This document shows, one piece after another, positions 26,833-38,084 of a stretch of DNA of 64,000 nt; position 1 is the first letter of the stretch; each line of letters begins with the position of its first letter. The notes under the pieces were generated by a model. The model was not told where the DNA came from. It searched no databases and worked only from the letters and a program-made list of their open reading frames with translations. The stretch is from assembly GCA_051313645.2 (NCBI GenBank), contig JBNRSN020000025.1:32798001-32862000 (forward strand), given 5' to 3'. The stretch is from Centroscyllium fabricii. Its lineage: Eukaryota. A program made the translations under genes and the position numbers.

Positions 26833-28199
26833 TATGTGTAGTAGTTATATTCACAACACAATACAAACCTTAGCACCGTACAAGTAGTTCAGGAGGTATG
26901 CCTGAATTGTCTACAACACACAATATTGTCATCTTACAGAGGAAGGAAAGTACATCCAAAGTAGGCTTAGAAATGTCTATGGAAACCATAAAAGAAATGT
27001 TTGAAAAGTAATAAAAGTTGAAAATGCTGGAAACACAGGTCAGGCAGCATCTGGACCTATTTTAGAGGTAAGGTGTGTTACACAGATTTATTACCAGCAG
27101 GGGAACTATAAACAATGTGTGCTATATAGTGGTTTGTAGGTGTTGTATTGGAGAGCAGTTATAACTGGATGCTTTCCATGCATGCTCCATTGGAGTGGAA
27201 TCTTAAAAACTACAAAGGACATTTACTTCATACACATATGACTCTACCTATTCAAGAAGCCCAAAAGTACAACTGTTGCTATTCACTTGTTTTTTGAGTG
27301 CTAAGGGGATGGATCCGACAATCATGCATTTTTGTGTTATTCATCTCCTTACTACCCAAATATACAAAGTTCAATATTTAAAAAATAAATCAGATTCTAA
27401 AGAGAAGCTCAGTAATTTTTTTAGATTAACCATGCTAGTATATTTAGAAAAGGCTCCTTTAAGACTGTACAGATTCTGTTTATACATAGTATTAATCAGA
27501 TGTTTCCAATATTTTTCAGACAGGAAAATTATTGTTAAGTGACTGCGTCAATATCAGAATTTCCTGGAACACAGTGCTGTATTCATGACTGCAGCAAATA
27601 ACCCAGGTTATTGATTGCTGCGCTATCATTTTTCACATTTGGAAAGCCTTCCCACAGAGGTAAGGAAGCTCAGGTCTTGGGAAAGTCTACATGAGGAGTT
27701 AATCTGTTGTAGCCTGGGTAGAAGTAGGCCCAAAGAATATAATAGGAATTATTGTAAAGTAAGTTTAGAACAGATAAATTAGGAAAAACTTCTTCAGTCA
27801 AAGAGTTATACCCCACCTAAGATTACTTTCCGATGAAGTCAGGTTAAAATGATCCCCCTTGAATCTAGACAGCGAGTGCCGTAGGAGGGCACCTGATCCT
27901 GTCCGCACCTGGTCGAGCAGGGGTCATTTGCTAATGATCAAAGACTGGGTTCCTGGTTACTTTCCCCCACCCAGCTCAGGGATGGTGTAGCCAATTGTAG
28001 CACCCTTACTGCTGCCACAGCTGAGATTAGTCAGTTCAGTAAAGATCACATGGAAGCCAGATACACTGGAATAGGCAGCCTTACTCAGCCATAGCATTAA
28101 TTTAAACAGAGCATAATGTAATTAATTTATAATTATTTATGTAGCTAGTTGTTCTTCTACGTAACAGATCAGTCATTTGTTTTTTTTCTCTTCTGGGTT

Positions 28200-29700
28200 A
28201 TTAGGGACGTAGTAACAGGGCATGTCGAAAATCAACATGATTGGGCAGAGTCAACACAGATTTATCAAAGGGAAATAGGTAGATAGAAAGGAACTTTTTC
28301 CCTTAGTAGAGGAGTCAATAACCAGAGGGCATAGTTTCAAGGTAAGGGGCAGGAGGCTTAGAGGGGATTTGAGGAAGAGCTTTTTCACTCAGAGGGTGGT
28401 TGGAATCTGGAACTCACTGCCTGAAAGGGTGGTAGAGGCAGGAATCCTCACAATATTCAAGAAGCATTTAGATGAGCACTTGAAATGCAATAGCATACAT
28501 GGCTATGGACCATATCCAGGAAAATGCGATTAGAATAGACAGGGCTTGATGGCCGGCGCGGACACGATGGGCCAAAGGGCCTCTTTCTGTGCTGTATAAC
28601 TATGACTCTATGAAATAGTGTTCGAAAAATTTGTTAAGAGTTTTCTGAGGTTCTAACTAGCAGGGGAAACCAGTGGTGTAGTGTATTTGGATTTTCAAAA
28701 AGCATTCGATAAGGTGCCATACAAGAGGTTATTACCCAAAATTAGGACTCATAGGATTGGGCGGGGAGCGGTAATGTATTAACATGGATTGAGGATTGGT
28801 TAACAGACAGAAAACAGACTAAGAATAAACAGGTCATTTTCGGGTTGGCAGGTTGTAACTAGAGGGGTACAGCAAGGATGAGTGCTTGTGCTTCAGCTAT
28901 TTACAATCCATCTCAATGACTTGGATGAGGGGACCGAATATATTGTATCCAAGTTTGCTGACAATGCAAAGCTAGATGGGAAAGTAAGCTGTGAGAAGGA
29001 CACAAAGAGGCTGCGCAAAGGGAGTGGCAAGGATGTGGCAGATGGAATATAATGTGGAGAAACGTGAAGTTACCCATCTTGGTAAGAAAAATAGAAAAGC
29101 AGAATATTTTTTTAAAAGGTGAGAAACTGGGAAATTATGGTACAGTATTCAGAGGGACTTGGGAGTCCTTGTACACAAATCACAGAAAAGTAACATGCAG
29201 ATACAGCAAGCAATTAGGAAAACAAATGGTATGCTAGCCTTTATTACAAAGGGACTGGAATAAAGAAGTCCTACTGCAATTCTATAGGGCCTTGGTGAGA
29301 CCACACCTGGAGTACTGTGTATAGTTTTGGTCTCCTTACCCAAGGAAGGATATACTTGCCTTAGAGGAAGTGCAACAAAGGTTCACTAGACTGATTACTG
29401 GGATGAGGGGGTTGGCCTATGAGAAGAGATTGAGTAGACTAGGCCTATATTCCCTAGAGTTTAGAAGAATGAGAAGTGATCTCATTGAAACATATAAAAT
29501 TCTTATGGGGTTTGACAGGGTAGATGGTGGGACGATGTTCCCCCTGGCTGGGGAGTCTCGAACGAGCGGTCACAGTCTCAGAATAAGGGATCGGCTATTT
29601 AAGATTGAGATGAGGAGAAATTTCTTCACTCAGGGTGGTGAATCTTTGTAATTCTCTCCCCCAGAGGCCTGTGGATGCTTAGATGTTGAGTATATTCAAG
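28200..29700 (+). mobile_element. Degenerate CR1 RT region with nested CR1 3' end (~28275-28610)
   Basis: DFQKAFDKVP, KFADN and QRFTRLI motifs; inserted segment ends in a (ctatga)n tail. Confidence 0.85.
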
Positions 29701-29826
29701 ATGTGGAGGTGCCAGTGTTGGACTGGGGTGGACAATTGTAAGAAGTCACACAACACCAGGTTATAGTCCAACAGTTTTATTTTAAATCACAAGCTTTCGG
29801 AGCGCAGCTCCTTCATCAGGTGCATG
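29701..29826 (-). mobile_element. Penelope-type terminal repeat fragment containing a minimal hammerhead motif
   Basis: Minus strand CAC-CTGATGA-AGGAGCtgcGCTCC-GAAA-GC-TT-GTG followed by AATAAA. Same sequence family at ~36605-36660, 43507-43613, 30672-30703 and 45806-45838. Confidence 0.65.
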
Positions 29827-29854
29827 TAAAGAGATTCTCCTTCATCAGGTGCAT

Positions 29855-30388
29855 GTTTTGGTCTCCTTATCTAAGGAAGGACATTCTTGCCATGGAGGGA
29901 GTGCAGAGAAGATTCACCAGGCTGATACCTGGGATGGCAGGAATGACGCATGAGGAGGGACTGGGTAGACTGGGTTTGTACTCTCTGGAGTTCAGAAGAT
30001 TGAGAGGGGTACTCATCAAAACGTATAAAATTTGAACTGGTCTGGACAAACTTGATGCAGGAAGAATGTTCCTGATGATCGGAGAGTCCAGAACCAGGGG
30101 TCATAGTCCAAGGATAAGGGGTAACTCATTTAGGACAGAGATGAAGAGGAATTTCTTCACCCAGAGAGTGGTGAACCTGTGGAATTCTCTGCCACAGAGG
30201 GCGGTGGAGGCTAGTTCATTGAATATATTCAAGAAGGAGCTGGATGTATTTCTTAAGGCTAGAGGGATCAAGGGATATGGGGAGAAGGCAGGGACAGGGT
30301 ACTGAGTTTGGATGATCAGCCATGATCTCATTGAATGGCGGAGCAGGCTGGCGGGACCAAATGGCCTACTCCTGCTTCTATCTTCTGT
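29855..30388 (+). mobile_element. CR1 3' end fragment
   Basis: FWSPYLRKD...GYGEKAGTGY* plus typical 3' UTR. Confidence 0.9.
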
Positions 30389-31172
30389 GGGGGGGATTTT
30401 CATGTCCCCGTGAGGTGGGGTTTTGGGCGGCCCGGCCAGCAAAATAGCGGAACCGGCGGGTCCCGCCTCTTTCTCATTTTCACCCGCCCAGATTCCCCGC
30501 CCCGAAACCTTCCCACCGCCGACGGGTTGTCACCTCGTTAAGGGCCCTTAATTGGCATCTTTAATGCCATTTTAAGGGCCCTCAGCCATTTTGCCCTGTT
30601 TTCCGCCTAACCCCACCACCTTAAACCCCGCTGGGTGAAACCCAGCGGGAGCACAGCGCTGGTTATTACTTTTGGACTATAACCTGGTGTTGTGTGACTT
30701 CTTGAATTTATTACTTTCTCCTTTAAGGTGTGAAGGACATGCTGCCAAATGCTTGGCATGCCTCCAGCACCTTAGAGAAGTAAATACCTCCGTTCTGGCT
30801 TCAGCATCAGCTGTGAACAGAAACTGAGCAATCTCAGTTCTCACCATGTCCTCACATCCGCTGCGAGTTGTGAGGGATTCTGAGCCCGCCCGCCCACCTG
30901 TCAGTCACCAGCACTTGGCCTTTCCCATTGGCTCCACTCCACTGTGATGTCACAGTGGAGTCTTTCCATGGGAACTGACAACAACCAGTGCTGGAACTGT
31001 CAATGAAAGTGCTCGCAGCTCCGCTGCAGCCCGACTCGATTGACCTAATTACCTCCCGCCAACGGGGATTTAACAACCTCATTAAACTAAAATTGCGTGG
31101 GCTTCCCAGCTGTTTGGGCGGGCGGGACCGGAAGCTGCCCAGACCAATCTCCGCCAGGTTCCCACACTTCCG
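30389..31172 (+). mobile_element. Harbinger-like MITE family H, right terminus missing
   Basis: Starts GGGGGGGATTTTC. Near-identical reverse complement of 45326-46064. Confidence 0.85.
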
Positions 31173-33069
31173 AGTATATAGAGGGAGAGAACAATGTAGT
31201 CTCTCCAACTGAACAATGTAGTCTCTCCAACTGTTCAACATCACACCTCAGCAGAGAGACATCAAAGCAATCAAAGGTGTTCTAACACATCAGTCAGGCA
31301 TCAGCCTGAGATGAATGAGGTGCAGTCACAAAGGGTCAAATGTTGCAGTATGTGTCTGTGTGAAAACCCACAGAATGATTTAAAAAAAAGAATTTTTCTT
31401 ACTGGAAATCGCAGCCGCATCTGCGTAGTGAGAACAAGCCAAAGACGACTCGAGTCTGGATGACTAAGTCAGGCGGGGTCACATGTAGCCCGACATGAAG
31501 CCAATATCACAGTTGAGGCCGTGCTCATGGGTGCGGAACTTGGCTATCAGCCTCTGCTTGACGATTTTGCATTGTCGTGTATCTCGAAGGCCACCTTGGA
31601 GAATGCTTACCCGAATATCGGAGGCTGAATGTCCTTGACTGCTGAAGTGTTCTCCGACTCGGAGGGAACACCCCTGCCTGGCGATTGTTGTGCGGTGTCC
31701 GTTCATCCGTTGTCGTAGTGTCTGCATGGTCTCACCAATGTACCATACTCCGGGGCATCCTTTCCTGCAACGTATAAGGTAGACAACGTTGATCGAGTCA
31801 CATGAGTATGTACCATGTACCTGGTGTGTGGTGTCCTCACGTGTGATGATGGTATCTGTGCTGATGATCTGGCACGTCTTGCAGAGGTTGCCGTGGCAGG
31901 GTTGTGCGGTGTCATGGTCACTGTTCTCGTGAAAGCTGGGTAATTTGCTGCGAACGATGGTCTGTTTGAGGTGAGACGGCTGTTTGAAGGCGAGTAGGAG
32001 GCATGGGGATGACCTTAGCGAGGTGTTCATCGTCAGCGATGACAGGTTGAAGGCTGCGAAGAACATGGCATAGTTTCTCCGCTCCGGGGAAGTACCGGAC
32101 AACAAAGGGTACTCTGTTGGTTGTGTCCCGTGTTCGTCTTCTGAGGAGGTCTATGCGATTTTTCGCTGTGGCCCGTCGGAACGGTCGATCGATGAGTCGA
32201 GTGTCATATCCCGTTCTTACAAGGGCATCTTACAATGTCTGTAGGTGTCCATCGTGTTCCTCCTCGTCTGAGCAGATCCTGTGTATTCGCAGGGCTTGTC
32301 CATAGGCGATGGCTTCTTTAACGTGGTTAGGGTGGAAGCTGGAGTAGTGGAGCATCGTGAGGTTGACCGTGGGTTTGTGGTAGAGGGAAGTACTGAGGTG
32401 TCCGTCTTTGATGGAGATTCGTGTGTCCAAGAATGAAACCGATTCTGAGGAGTAGTCCATGGTGAGTTTGATAGTGGGATCGAACTTGTTTATATTATTG
32501 TGTAGTCTTTTCAGTGATTCTTCGCCGTGGGTCCACAGGAGGAAAATGTCATCGATGTATCTGGTGTATAGCGTTGGTTGGAGGTACTGTGCAGCAAAGA
32601 AGTCTTGCTCGAACTTGTGCATGAAGATGTTGGCGTATTGGGGTGCGAATTTGGTCCCCATGGCTGTTCCATGTGTTTGGGTAAAAACCTGGTTGTCGAA
32701 GGTGAAGACACTGTGGTCAAGGATGAAGCGGATGAGTTGTAGGATGACATCTGGAGATTGGCTGTTGTTGGTGTTGAGTACTGAGGCTGTCGCAGCGATG
32801 CTGTCATCGTGGGGGATACTGGTGTAGAGTGCCGAGACGTCCATCGTGGCGAGCAGTGTTCCTGGTTCAACTGGTCCGTGGGTGCCGAGTTTCTGTAAGA
32901 AGTCTGTAGTGTCGCGACAGAAGCTGGGGGTTCTCTGTACGATGGGTTTCAGGATGCCCTCGATGTATCCAGAGAGGTTCTCACATAGGGTTGGGGGAGA
33001 TTTCTACTGCCTCCCAAAGATACACAAAACCAACACACCTGGATGCCCTATCGTATCAGGCAACGGAAC
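31173..33069 (-). mobile_element. Penelope-like retroelement (RT + GIY-YIG), 5'-truncated with short 5' inversion
   Basis: Minus ORFs: MDVSALYTSIPH, GTAMG, RYIDDIF (RT) and NVVYLIRC...WYIGETMQTLRQRMNGHR (GIY-YIG). Plus-strand FYCLPKIHK...PIVSGNGT at ~32990-33069. Confidence 0.92.
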
Positions 33070-33709
33070 CAGGCCCGTGCCGGGAAAGTGAAAATCCCAA
33101 ACGATTGAAGCTTCGGCGAGCGCATGCGCAGACCATTCAAAATGGCCACCGCAAAAGGCCGGCGGCCATTTTGAGTGGTCTGCGCATGCGCTTATCGTTC
33201 GGGGAGTCCTGGCCCGCGCTCGGGGAGTCCCCGCCCGGCCCGCGCTCGGGGAGTCCCGGCCCGGCCCGCGCTCGGGGAGTCCCGGCCCGGCCCGCGCTCG
33301 GGGTGTCCCGGCCCGGCCCGCGCTCGGGGAGTCCCGGCCCGCGCTCAGGGAGTCCCGGCCCGCGCTCGGGGTGTCCCGGCCCGGCCCGCGCTCGGGGAGT
33401 CCCGGCCCGGCCCGCGCTCGGGGAGTCCCGGCCCGGCCCGCGCTCGGGGAGTCCCGGCCCGGCCCGCGCTCGGGGAGTCCCGGCCCGGCCCGCGCTCGGG
33501 GAGTCCCGGACCGGCCCGCGTTCGGCGAGTCCCGGCCCGGCCCGCGTTCGGCGAGTCCCGGCCCAGCCCGTTATCGGCTCGGAGAGATCATTCGCCGAAG
33601 CATCAATCGCGGCGGCCATTTTGCGCATGCGTGGGGCAGTCGGGGAAATTATTGCCGGACGTTCAAAGTTGCCGGTTTTTCGGGTAACGGATTAATGGTG
33701 CTCAACCTG
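33067..33709 (+). mobile_element. Tigger/pogo-like MITE family A, copy 3 (left ~35 bp missing), 26-bp array
   Basis: Ends CGGATTAATGGTGCTCAACCTG|TA. Unit gcgctcggggagtcccggcccggccc. Confidence 0.9.
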
Positions 33710-33924
33710 TATTATCATTTAGATCTTTAAAGGCAGGATTGGAGTTTCCAAAAGCAATTAAAAGAGGAAATGGAATTTAGGGTTCTATAATGGTACACTG
33801 AATACAAAAGTAAAGAAGCGGCGATTTATAAGGCTTTGGTTAAGCCACAGTTAGAGTACAGTGCTCTGTTTTGAGTATCTATTATAGGAAGAATATTGGG
33901 GCCATGGAAAAGGTGTAATATATA

Positions 33925-34234
33925 CAGGTACACAACCCTTTATCCGAAAACCTCAGGATCGGGCAGGTCTCGGTTTTCAGATAATTTCGGTTTTTCGAGT
34001 TGGCCCAGTGTGTATGCGCAGATCACATGCGCATTGGCGTGTTTGCGGCCCAGTTCGCAGTCAGGGAACGGCATATCGGCCGTTTATTTCCTCAGCACGG
34101 CATCAACAGCACGAAATCAAGGTAAAAACATACTTTTTCTGCTGCAGCTTCAATTTATTTAAGAAAAAAATGGTTATTTTGGCGCAACTCGGGATTTCGG
34201 TTTTTGGAGTTGCGGATAAGGGGTTGTGTACCTG
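33925..34234 (+). mobile_element. Tigger-like MITE family B, short copy without array, inside a decayed CR1 (~33712-34400)
   Basis: TA|CAGGTACACAACCCTTTATCCG ... CGGATAAGGGGTTGTGTACCTG|TA. Confidence 0.9.
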
Positions 34235-34555
34235 TATTTGCTAGACTGATACTGGGGATGAGAAGAAATAGTTATGATAAGAGATTTGAAAAACTAGAAC
34301 TGTATTACGACAAAGAAGGTTAAAGGAGATCTAATCTAAGTGTTCAAAGTTTTGGCACTTAAGAGGGGATTAGATAAAACAATTAAAGAGGAAAAATATT
34401 TAGGGCTCCAGGGAAAAAGGATTGAACTAGATAGATTTGATATGGACCCAAACTGGCACAGGTACAGCAAACTAATTGATTTCCTTCTGTGCTGAAATTT
34501 CTGTGATTCCCAAAACTGAAATAGAATATTCAGCATTTCTTTCTTTAAACACAAG

Positions 34556-36295
34556 GGCGGCGATTTCCCCTACCTTGGCGGGTCTGGTATGGCTGGGGTC
34601 GGTGGCGGTTTGCGACCCCGCTGCTGGCTCCAGCCCGCTGTCCAAAGTGATTTTATGTTGATTGAGCTTGTTAAACCCACCCAGCGTGTTTCCCAGCCAA
34701 TTGAAGGAAGCGGGTCTGATGACGTCACTTGATGACGCATCATCAGCTGGTTTCCTCAAAGGGACCATGTGCAAATTGATTTTTATAGTTGTGCTGTCGA
34801 TGCTGCAAACACTGACAATAACTGCACAGAGGTGCACGCCTGCACCCAGCTCTCCTATGACTCCCTCCATATGCTTATGGAGGGAGTCACAGCACGCAGG
34901 GAGGTACTCTTCCCCACCAATGGGCGGAAGAGACCTCCCCAGGTGATCAACGCAGCCTGGTTGCACAATGCACAGGCCACAAGCAGGGCTGTTGTCAGGA
35001 GGACCAGGCTGCAGTGGCGCAAACTTTTCAATGATCTCAGTAATCACGAAATGTTACTGCAAAGCCAAACTCAACCTAATCGTGCTGTGCCACTCATCAC
35101 ATCCCCATCACTCTGCCTTCCCTACCCTTCCCCTGCACATCCTTACTCACACCAACTTACCTTGCACCTCCACCCATCCCTCTCTATCTACATTATCACT
35201 TCCACATCTCACTAGCCACCCCTCACACACAATTCTCATCCTAGTCTAATCATACCAACTAACAATACACAAAGGTAGGCACTTGGGTGTTTTAGCCAAT
35301 GTTCATGTGAAGTTTCTGTTAATGTGCTGTCAAACATTGAAATCTTTATTTTCAGCACTGTGCATTCTTGGACAGATTTGTGTGCACCTTTGAAAGTGGC
35401 TTAGTGAATTGCAGTGAATGGTGAGACAGAACGGTACCCCCTGCAATGGCGGTGAGTGTGGAAGTAATGGCTTGGGCATTGTAGGGATGCTTTATGGTGT
35501 TGGTGTGGGGAAGTGCCAACCTCATGTGGCAGCCAGGGTGTACAGCGTCAAGTGAAGTAAATCTGGCTATGGTGAGGCTATCCCTGGCCTCCCGGCCAGC
35601 AACTTGCTTTGGTGATGATGCCGTGTCTTGTGCAGCATCAGTTGATTGCGGAGAAGGTTGGTGCTGCTATTGTGCCTGGTGTTGGGGCTGATCAGGGTGG
35701 GACTCTAAGGACCAAGGTGAGATAGTTTCAAGGGCACCAATGCTGATGTAATAGATGGCAGGTGAAGTTGAGATGACAGAAGCGATGTCAATGGTGAGAA
35801 ATTTGTTCCAATGAGGTGACACTGGATATACAGTTTGCTCCAAACACTTGCAACCTGCCTAAAGCTCAATCTGTCTTCCCAATGCAGTAAGCAACAGCTT
35901 CTGACCTTGGAAAGTGAACAGCTATGAGATGGGAGCTTTTATACCACATTTGCAACTGTCAAGTAAAGAAATTATATCATGGTGACACAACTCCTGACCT
36001 GCTTACTGACGTGATCACTGAGCAGCGGGGAACCCATGGGCGAACTCGTAAAATTTAAAGGTGAGCTTAAAAAAGTTTTTAAGTACCTCTTAACAAGCTC
36101 TTAATCATCTAAATTGCCTGCCTCGCTGCTTGGTTTCGGGTCTGTTCAGTGATGACAGGCCCGACACTTGGGAAACTTGCGAGGTGGTGGGTTAACAGCA
36201 GGTTCTCTACCCGGACAAATTTTTTTTTTTTTTTTTTTTAAACCACCTGACCCACCACCAAATGCACCTGCTGAACCCCTGAAAAATTCTCCCCC
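34556..36295 (+). mobile_element. Internally deleted PIF/Harbinger transposon with Myb/SANT-like ORF remnant
   Basis: G-rich imperfect TIRs, apparent TSD AAG. ORF 34769-35215 has ARREVLFP...AAW...RRTRLQWRKLFNDL, resembling Harbinger Myb-like/NAIF1-type proteins. Confidence 0.7.
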
Positions 36296-38084
36296 AAGGG
36301 CATGGATTTTGCAGTTCGCAGCGTAACTAAGGATTATGCCACCAGCATCCGAACTGAATGTGCACTTACCTGCTGGGAACCCTGCTCTGAGGAGTTGCTG
36401 TCAGAAGCTGCGGAGTTGAGCGCAGCGTAGTGGCCCACGGATCCCAGGGGCACACCGTGTGTGTAAGCGTACCAAGGATCACGTGGGCCGGTGCTCCAAT
36501 CAGCAAATAGAAGGTCTCTCATTCACCCGCCAAGAGGGTATAATTTTTATGGTGGGAAATTCTTGAGATTTTTCTCCAGAATTGTCTTCTGTACATTTCC
36601 AGTTTAAGAAGTCACACAACACCAGGTTATAGTCCACAGTTTTATTTGAAATCACAAGCTTCATAAGCATGTACATTTCCAGGAGAATGAACGATTAATA
36701 CTATTAGAGATAGTCTTATCTTGAGCACGATGATTATAAATTAAGAGCTTAGCTTTTATGGTTTCTAATATCACCTGAAGTCCTTGCCCGACAGCTATTA
36801 GGTCTTTGTCTAGCTATTATTTTCCATTTAAACTTCAGTATGTTGAAAATATACTTAAATTTGTGTTTGGAGGTCTGGGTGTGTGCAGAATGCATTGTTA
36901 TTTTGTAAGTTATCTACCGTTTCATTTTTTTCCTCCCAGCAAATATTAAATTATTTTAGAGACCTGAGAATAATGCTTTCTTCAAAGTTCTATTGGAAGA
37001 TAGTTCTTTATTCGACAATAAGTTATGGGAACAACTTTCAAATCTGGGGAACAAAAAAGGATTATATTACTTTTCACGGACAATAAATATAATTGCAATA
37101 ATCCTGTGGGTCATATGTAAATGCTTGCAACTTTCAAGTAAAATGCAGCAACTTTCTATTCACATCCAAAAATGAAAATAGAGGATATATGCCAGGCTAC
37201 AGTGGAATGGCACAAATATCATATTCCACACTTGCTATGCTGTTCATCTCAATTAAATACTCAAGCATAATGGCTCTACATTGGCCATACAACATTCAAC
37301 TGTAAAACACCATTTACAATTACATTTTTGGAAGAGATTTCTATTCTGATGGGGGCTGTCAGTACCTGTTTTTTCTGAGGTGAGATGCATAAATGTGATG
37401 TTCTATCACTTCCACCTACCTCCATACACCATTGAAAGTGATAACTAACCAAGGCTGTTGTAAGCCAAGATATGGTAAAAGGACATGTTTCCATTTCCAG
37501 CCTCAGAATCTCAAAGATAGCAGCCTCACTCAAAACACCACCCACCAGACAGTAAGGTTGAAAGACTGGCTTGTAGTTTAATCTTTTAAAATTAAATATA
37601 TACTTGCATTTCCAAAAGGTATCCCATACGCTGTGCAAACAGGCTCCTGTGCCTGTTTGCACTAGCCGTAAAATTTTCACACATAATTGCTGGGCAATTA
37701 GCCCAACTCTGTGCTAGCAATTAGGATTTCAATGTCAGAGCAGCTGATCTGTTAACTCAGACCTTGACAGATCACAAGTTCGGGATTTAGCGCATGCCCC
37801 AAACTTGCTTTCCATTTCAAAGGTAGTAGGACTGTAGGAGTGTGCACTCGGAGAGTACGCTGTCATACCAACTGCAAATTCTCCCCCAAGAGCTTCAGGA
37901 GACAAATAATAGATCAAGTACGCCATGTGCTCCTTAGCTGATGGTATCCAACCTTCGTCTCCAACTCACCACAATTCAAGTCATTCTTAATGTTTTGCAC
38001 CTGCCATTTATGGATGCAACCCTCAGATGTGGCTTTTTGGAAAAGACCAACAACAGGGTGTATGACTAGTAGTTCTGTGCAGCC

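Noticed and set aside
18198-33730. Long Pro/Gly/Arg/Ala-rich ORFs at 18198-18821, 20272-20863 and 32991-33730
   Set aside because: GC-rich arrays open in most frames on both strands, with peptide period equal to nucleotide unit length. Not genes.
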